Source: Chrysomallon squamiferum (taxonomy: Eukaryota > Animalia > Mollusca). From it: DNA of 64,000 nucleotides. The notes below the pieces were generated by a model, which saw nothing but the letters and a program-made list of their open reading frames with translations, ran no database searches and was not told where the DNA came from. Positions 54,311-64,000 of this stretch are shown here, one piece after another. The DNA is taken from assembly GCA_012295275.1 (NCBI GenBank), contig CM022679.1:29016001-29080000 (forward strand), written 5' to 3'. The position numbers and the translations under genes were made by a program. The first letter of the stretch is position 1. Every line of letters begins with the position of its first letter.

Positions 54311-57300
54311 AAAGCAGCACAGTTAATGACTGAATAATAAAATTGCAGCTGTTGATTTCTGCAAGTTGAAGGAAGTTTTGAACACTGCAGACAAGCAAGT
54401 GTGTGGTGCATATTTATTTTTCTGAATATTTGATTCCTTCGAGACGAAGCTTGAGCCAGATTCAGGCAAAATGGTACAGAACCAACAAAATATAATAAAA
54501 TTTTGTTAACAGCTGAAATTTACATAAATAGATTGTGAAGCTTTTATCTCTCGATGTGTTGTTTTTCAAGGATTAACAGTAAGTAATGTGGTTATAGTGA
54601 GACCTTAATCCTTTGATTATCTAGATTAACACTGAGACCTTAAACAACAATATTTACCATGAGTTAGTTGAATAATAAGCTGTAATTATAAAAGAAAAGT
54701 TTTGTCAAAGATTTGTATGGTGTAGGTTGTTAGGCTTATGCCTCCATCTTGTGTTTTTTGTTTGTTTAAGAAAACAGATTATATTTTGGGTTTTGATCAA
54801 CTTGTTGAATTTTTTTTAAAGTTAAACAAAAAGTCATTTTGGTTGTAGAAGTCTCTTTTATATCATGCCAACGTTAATAATTTTTAAAAAAACCATGTAC
54901 ATACAATTTGATTTTTATTTATTTATTTATTATTTTTTGCATAAAAGTGGAACTTAGTCATCTTGCAGTATTAACTTTTATAACTGTGCTGATTTATGAT
55001 GAGATAAAATAATGATGTTTCAAAATTTATTTTTGAAAACACAATGCATGCCTTTAAAGCAATAATAACATTTTGATGGATAAAAAAAAAAAAATAATAA
55101 TAATAATACAGAGGATATTTTTAATATTTTCTTATTAATAAATATTTTGTCCATGTTTAGTTATTAATTTGTGGTTACTGTGTTAAATACTGTATAAAAC
55201 ATTTTCTTTTTTCTTTTTTTAACAAAAAAACAAAACATAAAACCAAAAAACAAAATGTTTTTGTTTGTTTTTTTGTTACATGTAATTATTTAAATAATAA
55301 CTTATTATTATACTGAAGAAAACTGATACGTTTTTGTATATGTGCTTCTGATGTATTTCATTCAATTCAAAGGTGTTATTTTTCTGTTTTCAAAGATATG
55401 TACAACCATACTGACTGCTGTTGTGCATTTAGATTTTTACTTTTTTGTTTTCTGTGGTTGCACAGTTATCTCCCCTCTTTATTTACCTTCACTTTTTTCT
55501 TTTTTTAAAGTAATTTTCTGTTTTATTTGTTATAACAAAAGCCCTTTGATTTTAATCTTTCTGCTTCACGTATTTCAAATTAATTATTATGAACAGTATC
55601 ATTTCTGAATGTGTGAATGTTAACCCACTTTGTTGCTTTTTGTTTCTAAATCTGTCTTGCCTTACTGTTTTTGCATTTTCTTTTATAAATAATTAATTTT
55701 TAACCATATTTAACTTCTTATTTTTTGAAGATTTAAGATATTCACTGTGATTTTTATAGTTCATTTGAAAACAAACAAAACAATTCTCTATTTATCTGTA
55801 CAATCTTTTCTTTTTTGTTTTTCTTTCTTATTTTTCTCTTTACTTTTATTTTCTTATCTATGTGGTCTCCTGTTATTCTGTCAGTGTCATTCTCGTTTGT
55901 TACTGTCTCTTTCACTGGGTGCAAATCATTTCACTTTTTAAAATTAATTTTTTTTAAGTAATGGTTGTGTTTGTTATTTTATTCTTCATTTGTTGTTTTT
56001 GTGTTATTAAGTGCTGTTATTTATTTTTTGCATGATGTTAATTTTGTATGTTAAAGCAAGTTCACAGTTGATATTTATGTAGCTTTGTATAGGACAAAAT
56101 TTAAAAAAAAAAAGAAAAAAAAAGGAAACATTCATAATATTATTTATTTTTATTTATGTATTAGTTTTAGTTCTATAAAATTTCAAGGATTATTGTGGAT
56201 TTGATCAAATGACAACCCTCCAAAAAAACAAGAAAAAAAAAAAAACAGAGAGCATATATTTTTTATTTCAAGTCTTCTTCCAATGAAATTGTTTGGATAA
56301 AAAAAAAATTGTCAGGCCAACTTTAAAAAATTATGTTTCATGTGAAGAGACTGACTTATGAAACCTGGATGAATTAATAAATAAAATTAAAATATTTAGC
56401 TAATTACAAATAGCTGGCAAAGTTACAGTCCAAGCACTGACAGTTTTGTTTCAACAAACCACTACTGAAGATGTTCTTAGCAATATAAATGTTTTTTATC
56501 ATTACTTCACATTTATATTTAATTATTTGTTATGTATTCTCGTCATTATTTATTTATTTACTTATTATTATTATTTATTATTATTATTAATGTCACCATT
56601 ATTATTATACTTTCTAAAAAAAAAAATCTGTTTTTATCTGTAACAAGTATGTAAAACTGTGATATGGATGAATGTATATTTTACATGTCTTAAGCATATT
56701 TTATTGCATAGTATTTAGCTGTGTTATACTTTCAAACTTTTCATGGATGAATGCAGTAATACCCATTAGCATTCGATGATTTGAAAAAAAGTGCCAAAAT
56801 TGTATAACTTACATTTGACGTCCAGTTTTTAGGTCCAGTTTTTATTGTGATACTTTTACAAATTAAATAATACCACCTTTTTCTTCTTCTTCTTTTTTTT
56901 TTTTTTTTTTCATTTAAGTGCTGTATGATAAAAAGTAGTATGAAAAAAAATATATAAAATGTTGTTTCCTGATTTTTGTTGGGTTTCTTTTGTTTTATCA
57001 ACTTTTTATTATAATTTTTGTAAAACGTAATGATAGTTTTTATTTTTTGAATTTAATTAAATATAATGAACAAATGCTGTGGATTTTTATAGAATATCAA
57101 AAAACCAGTATTTTTGTATTGATTAAAGAAAATAATTATAATAAACAGTTAATAAATAAGATTAAGGCAGAATCTCTACATTGCCAAAATCTTTAGAAAA
57201 CTTTATTTTATACTCAACAGTTTTATTATTTATTTATTTATTATTATAAATCAGAAGTACAAGTGTTTGTTCTTTTTTTCTGATATATTTAGATTGTGGT

Positions 57301-58584
57301 TGTGTATGTTTTAAAATATAAAAATGTTCCACAGTTTATAGCATATATATATACAGGTTTTTGCATGACAGAACCTTTTACATTAACTGTGTAATAATTC
57401 CACTGTTGAAATATCTGCCAAGAAAAATGTTTGAACTGACCTAAAATGTGAAATATTAATGGCTAATTTTGGCAATTTTATCATTATTAATTCTATTACT
57501 TAAATCCCTTCATTATTCAAGAAGTAATCTTTGGCTTGTTCTGAACAACAGATATTACTGCATTTAGCAATAGCTTCCTAGCATCCCCAAGACATGATAT
57601 GCTGAGAAACTGGTATTTTGAAAACCAAAGATTACAAACACATCTGGGTTTTTACCTTATTTCTTAGCATTATTTTTCATGATTTTTAATTTATATTTTT
57701 ATTTTTCATCTGTGAACATGTTGTGGATGCTTTTATAATGGTTGTGTTTAATTATTTTTGTTGTTGTAATATATATATATATTAAAAGAAAAATTCAGAT
57801 TTAGAAATAGCAAGACCCAAAACACAGAAATACCAGGAGCCCTTTTTAATTAAACTTCCCTTTTGAGACTAATTCCATTATCTCTAGTATGTTTTTGGCA
57901 TTTGTTAAAAAAGAAAATACTTAAAATTTAACCTTTCACCCTTTAGCCATTTTGTTCATAAATAACAGCAGAAATAAGATACAAAAGTTAGATGTTTATC
58001 TGTCTCACTGGATTCTTTTTAAAAATAGACTTTGAAATAATAATAATAATAATAATATATGTATATATTTGTTTTGTTTAAATGTTTGGCTAACTGACAT
58101 TAAATGAAATGGCAAATTAAATATGATAACATAAATATGTTAGTTACTTAATATTTATGCCTTTCATATTATTCTATGTATATGTAAATAAACATGTACA
58201 TAATTAAGTTTTGGAACAATATATATATTTTTGTCTCTGTTGCCATGTAAATGTAAATATGTAATATACATACAGATTAGAATGGATTAAGCCCTGCTTA
58301 TTACTGTGTGAAAATAAATGACAAATTTTCCTAGTTCATGTAACATGTTAAAATTGTTGATTTTGAAGAATTTATGTCTAATGGTGATTAAAACATATTT
58401 TCAACTGTAGTGTTATTTTTCTTACTTTGTTTTGTTTTGTTTTTTTGTTTTATTATTATTATTATTATTATTATTACTTTTTTTATGTCTGCTGAACTAT
58501 TCAGTCCAAACGAAATGAAATGAAATAAATAAATACATTAATAATGGAAAGATAAATATAACAAAGTAAAGTAAAGTAAAATAA

Positions 58585-58638
<54 letters not shown>

Positions 58639-58689
58639 TTAAATTTAAAAATTATAAAAATATAAAATATTTTTTCATTGATATACAAA

Positions 58690-60089
58690 AAGCCTCATTC
58701 CGCTTTTGAAAATAGTTCCATCAGACGAATTCCTCATTAAAGCGGTAACTTGTAAGGTTTAAGAGTGCTAACAAATTATATATTTAAAAAAACTAGACAA
58801 AAACGCTGTCTGCACTATGACAAGAAAGACTAGACAGGAAGTTGAATCAGTCAGCCGTTTTACGATGGTGCGCCATTTTGATTTCATTGAGCACAACTAA
58901 CCTAGCGAAAGGCGGTAATTAACCATAAAATCTATTTAACAGTGGCGTCAAACCGCAGCGCATCCTTCTGTGCCGCTATTGCCTTTTTAAAATAACAAAT
59001 GCGTACATCCCGCGAAAGACAGAAGAAGGTTCCAAACAATAGATAGTTATTATCTGGCCTCGTTTGACAAATAACGATTAGTTAAACTAATAGTAACTTT
59101 ACAGTACACTAATACAACACATGAAAAAGTATGTTATGAACGTAACTTTTTTTTACTGTTTTATTTTAAGAAGAAACGAAAATAATAAAATAAAAATATG
59201 ACAGATCGAGACTAATCCCGAAGTTGTTATTAATGCAAATGTGAAGACTTGTTCAACTGTAACTTGAGTGACAGTGTATTTCGAATTACTTATCCTCTGA
59301 CCATGAAGCAACAATACAAGGGAAGAAGTAGCTAGTTGGCATCAAATAACCACTCCTTCAGTAATAATTATCGACAAAGTGCAGTGGCCCCGGGTGTTCG
59401 AATTTTATAATTGTATTTCTTTTTCTTTTTTTTCTTTTTTTTTTAATGATTTTACTTGAAGAAAAATCTTAGAAATGATTTCACTTTAGACAATGTGTTC
59501 GCCACTGTAACCTTCGCTCGATAAAGATGATATCTAATAAGAGTAACAAGTTATTTATTTCGACAGTAGTTGTCAATATAAATTTGCTAAAAATTATTTA
59601 AACTCGAGAAGACTGACGGAGCTGATATTACCTTTCGCATCCTGATATCGTTTCTCAAAGACTGTTCGATTAGATTGAGTCAATCAAGAGAATGCGAGAC
59701 TTCGATAACCTCATTCTCGCATCAAAAATAAATTTGCCGATCGGAATAAATTCGCAGAAGGGAAACTAGGCATGCGTTAAAGAGTTTAATGTAATAATTT
59801 ACTTTTAGAGCTTATATGAAGTTACTGTAAAATAAATAAATCCAAAACTTCATCAAATTATTTTGCAATAAAAATTGCGTATTTGAAAATAGTTTTCTCC
59901 TCGCTTACTAAAATGTTTTATTTATTTATTTTTGATATATTATCATAAATATCCACAGTGCGTGGCCCAGTGACGTAGTAAAAGAAATTAACAAGAACCT
60001 CGATTATATATCCAAAATAAAAATTTACAGTGAGCTGGATTGAGTGAAAGAAGTAAACTTTGAAAGTAGTTAATTTATTCCTATAGACT
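58690..60089. promoter_or_regulatory. CpG-retaining promoter-like region upstream of the THAP gene
   Basis: Abrupt return of CpG after the depleted FAM13 body; ETS-like CAGGAAGT at about 58835, YY1-like CGCCATTTTG at about 58871, CRE-like TGACGT at about 59971. Confidence 0.5.
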
Positions 60090-60792
60090 ATGGTGTTCAT
60101 CTGTGCAGTGTATGGATGCACAAACACAGCAATCAGAGGAAAGCGAAGTCTGCATACCTTCCCGAAAGACAGAGAGACTCTGATAGCGTGGAAGCGGTTC
60201 ATTATCCGAACACGCGGTTGTTGGAAGGGTCCCTCGAGATGGGATAGAATATGCAGCGATCACTTTACTGCTGGCGATTATGACAATTACGTAAGATGGA
60301 CAATGGGTCTGTCGTCAAAACTTGTCTTAAAGGAGTTGGCAGTTCCAACTTTGTATCCGCAGAAGAGATGTGAAAACGGTTCACGAAAAAAGGTTAGGAT
60401 AATAAAGTAACTGAAGTGCGCGTGCACACAAGAGGACAAGAGTATGGGTTCCTTAATAATGAGATACGTATTGATATAAAGCCATATACATTTTTAATCT
60501 AAATTTATTCTGAATATTATTCATTAATACATCCTATACGTTATCGCTAAAAGAATATGCATTTTTGCATGAAATTATCTTTTTCTTTTTTTCTCTTTAA
60601 AGACAGAGCAAGGCCACAAAAAGAGGTGCTGTATGAAAAATGGTAAACTATTTTTGCTTTTCACTGGATTAAAATTTAAAATAAAATCAGTTTTAATAAA
60701 TTTAGTTCTTAGTTTTTGTTAACTGACTTATTGTTTGAATGTTCATTCTCATTTTTTTTTTATAAACTTTCTTTTTAATTTATTTATTTATT

Positions 60793-60885
<93 letters not shown>

Positions 60886-61332
60886 TATTTATTTTTTATT
60901 TTTTATTATTATTATTTTTTTCAGGCCAGTATGGCAAGTTCGTGAAAAACAAGTAAGAATATTGTAATATTCATTAAAAGAAATATTTGGCAGCAATGCT
61001 TATCCTCAGTCTTTTAGAGTTAAACTTAATTTATATACTCATATTTAAAAAAAATAATGTTAACAAAATGTTGATAAATATTACTTTTAATTTTAATAGA
61101 TTTGTCATATAAATTAAGTTTTTAAATTTTTTTTAATTTTTTTTGTTATTTGTTAGTCACATATATTAATTTAAATTTTATTTATTATTATTATTTTTAC
61201 AGCCATTTTAATTTTTATAAATAATGCAATATATTAATTGTAAGCAATTTTTAAAAGTTAATTTTTTTTTTTTTTTTTTTTTTCTTTTTTTTTAAAAACA
61301 CTGTCAGACTATATTAATTTTTCTGTGGTCTG

Positions 61333-61381
<49 letters not shown>

Positions 61382-62123
61382 TTTAATAGATACAAGGCAT
61401 CTAAGAAACACAGGAAAGAACTTCTGGCTGAAGATGATGTTAGAACTGGCAGTTATAATACATCTCCAAAAGAAGACGAAGAAAGACTTTGTGAGAAAAC
61501 AAATAAGATTAAAATAGAGAAAAATGAAGAAGAATCTAGCAATACTCTTGCATCATCAGTTCTAGCTGTAGAACATAATTACACTGTTGTATCAATAAAA
61601 CTAGTTTCTGGTGAATCTAGCAGCACAGTGGTGTCAAATGTAGCAAAGGAACATAACTATACTGTCGCAGATCTACCTTGTAAGAAAAATGGACGATGTC
61701 GGTGATAATTTAAATATTATTAAAACAAGAACTAAAAATGTTGTAGCTAAACAAAGTACAAAAACTGTTGTACCAACAGGTTTTGTTGTCAATGAACATA
61801 ATTTGAAACACGAACCACTGCATTATGACTGTGTACCAGACGCTGAGAATGGACAAGACATTAAAACTTCTGCATCATCATCTGTGACTGAAGTAAAATC
61901 TAAAAAATGTGATGATCAGATTTTTCAGAATGATGACCCTGTCATCAAAATCAAAGAGGAAGAATATAAATGTTTTACTAATGATGATTCTGGGATGAAG
62001 GTAAAAGAAGAAGAAAGAAAGGATGAATGTTCTCAGACTGCAGAGGGTGTTATTAAAATAAAACAAGAAAACTTAGACGATGAATACAAAATTGTTATGA
62101 ATGATGGATGGGTCAGTGATTGA
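60090..62123 (+). CDS. THAP-domain zinc-finger protein (exons 60090-60392, 60603-60642, 60925-60952, 61390-); frame breaks near 61690
   Basis: N-terminal THAP C2CH signature CAVYGC...HTFP...W...ICSDHF...LKELAVPTLYP. Phase-compatible GT-AG exons; two EHNY motifs. The reading frame stops at 61705 while a +1 frame continues to 62123 with IKIKEE/IKQE motifs. Confidence 0.85.
60790..60885. repeat. (TTA)n microsatellite in a THAP intron
   Basis: Seen directly; similar (AAT)n tracts at about 26968-27022, 49735-49838 and 58585-58638. Confidence 0.9.
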
Positions 62124-62455
62124 AGTCAGAAAAGAAAATTTGTAAAAAAATTGATATAAATTATGAATCATCAATCAAAGTTAACAAAAAAAAAAAAAAA
62201 AATTAAATAGTTCTTGGAAATGAATGTGAAAGAAAATCTACTGACTTGTGACAATGAACGTTTTCTTACACCTTTACCTTTAGAAAAACTCGGGGCCGGA
62301 ACGATTAATTTTATTTTGTTAAAGTACTGAGAAATTGAATGGATAAATTAACAATGATATGCAATTTCCTGGACCTGTAATATAACAGTGTTGTTTTCTT
62401 TTATTTTTTTTTTTTCCTTCTTTGTTTCCTTCTTATTTCTTCTTTTTTTCCCCAG

Positions 62456-62569
62456 GTGGTTTCAAAACATGAGGGAATATCAAATCTGCAGACATTTAAA
62501 ATGACTGAACATGTGAAAAAACCCACAAAAAACCCCACACATTTTCAAAAAATGTTCAATGCTCAGTAA
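62456..62569 (+). CDS. Candidate alternative terminal exon of the THAP gene
   Basis: Phase-0 donor TGG|gtcagt at 62112; very long polypyrimidine tract and cccag| at 62455; 37 open codons to TAA; AATAAA at 62617. Confidence 0.45.
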   Translation: MVSKHEGISNLQTFKMTEHVKKPTKNPTHFQKMFNAQ

Positions 62570-63535
62570 GAATTTCAGCAAATATATCATTATAAAAATT
62601 TCAATATTTTGTTATTAATAAAACCAGAGTATCAATTATGATTTTTGTGAATTATATTCATCTGTCTTGTTTTTCAATTTGTTAATGCTAATAATCGGTT
62701 AAACTATTAGCGTTATAAGAGGAAATTCAAAGATTTTACAACATAATTAAACTGCATGAGGAACAGATAGATACTGACAGTTCAGATACTATTCTCATCA
62801 AAAAAATAGTTCTTTTTCATAATGAAATTGCAGTGAATATTTGTTTACTGATGTGGTTGCATCACATTAATTAACTAATTAAATATTATAAGAATAATAA
62901 TAATGTTTGACTGGATTAAATGTAATATTAGTTAAGATAGATATATATATATATATATATCTCGATATTAAATCAATAGCCAGTGTCCACCGTTACAGTT
63001 ACACTTATCGTAGACACTGTGACATTTAGCATGACTAATATTGTTAAATTTCACATTACAGCTGTCGTAATTTTATTACAGGAAATTATTTATCGGACTG
63101 TCACAGTCTTGTACCATAAATTTCAATAGTTTTACGATCAAACGACAGTTTAACGATCGTGCTTATTACATGTTAGACTGAACAAATTAAATCCCGCAAG
63201 GGTGTTAACTAACGATAACTTAATAAAAAATAAGAGTTGTTCCCCTTGAACAATTTCCGATCTATCTTCTTCCTACTGGAATTTAATTTATTTTGTACGT
63301 TTTCCGCTTGTTGATGTGAAAATGGAGGTTGTTCTCTATGCTGTAATTCTAGTGGTAGTAGTACAACTAGCTCTCTGATATCAGATATGATAACATAACT
63401 CGGAAAATCTACTTTCAGTAGCTGTAATCTTTTTTGTTTACTGCAATATTTTTCTTCAAACTGTGTGGTGTGTTTTTATAAAGTTAAAAATAGTAAAACA
63501 TTGTCTGAGCAGGAAAACATGCTGATATTTAATGG

Positions 63536-63583
<48 letters not shown>

Positions 63584-63960
63584 CAGTTGTGGTGGTAGTG
63601 GTAGTAGTAGTTGTATTTCTAGAGATTTCAGTTTAAGTATTATTTAATGGCTGACGTAGCAGCTGAATTGAAGAAACAAACAGCATTATTATCTCTTGTT
63701 TCTAATAATATCTAATATATTATTTCTGTTAAATTTATTTTATAATTGATCTGACTTTTCTCTCACATCTTTTTTCTTCTTCCCTTATTTATTTTTTTAT
63801 ATTTATTTATTTATTTATTTATTTATTTTAATTTATTTATTGTCTGTTTTACGTATTCATATTACAATAAATAATAATTCAAACAATAAAATAACAATAA
63901 CAATAATATAAGTTAAACAATTAATAATATTTGTAAAAAAAAATATATACCTGAAAATAT

Positions 63961-63992
<32 letters not shown>

Positions 63993-64000
63993 GGCAACAA

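Noticed and set aside
60090-62123. THAP gene as a P-element/Galileo transposase
   Set aside because: No transposase catalytic domain or TIRs are visible; it has introns and HCF-1/SUMO-type motifs typical of cellular THAP factors.

Overview
Very AT-rich, microsatellite-rich eukaryotic genomic DNA, probably from an invertebrate animal; a mollusc-like origin is an inference from composition only. The dominant feature is a + strand FAM13-family RhoGAP gene. I assembled 26 phase-compatible GT-AG coding exons by hand (34972-53777, 1019 codons plus stop). It probably has a start exon at 18076-18214 and 5'UTR exons back to a CpG-retaining promoter near 10.2-10.4 kb. Downstream lies a multi-exon THAP zinc-finger gene (60090 to 62123 or 62569) with two HCF-1-binding EHNY motifs and an apparent 1-nt frameshift. 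Upstream are the terminal exon of a Cys-rich protein (5677-5958) and candidate exons of a divergent minus-strand transcript. The most unusual signal is that the three near-perfect long-period (57, 68, 91 bp) tandem arrays inside the FAM13 coding span are unrelated in sequence, yet each starts about 17-22 nt upstream of a 5' splice site and amplifies that donor (3x, 3x, 14x). The units look like mini-introns, recursive splice sites or microexons. Most ORF-track entries are simple-repeat artefacts. All coordinates and counts were made by eye.
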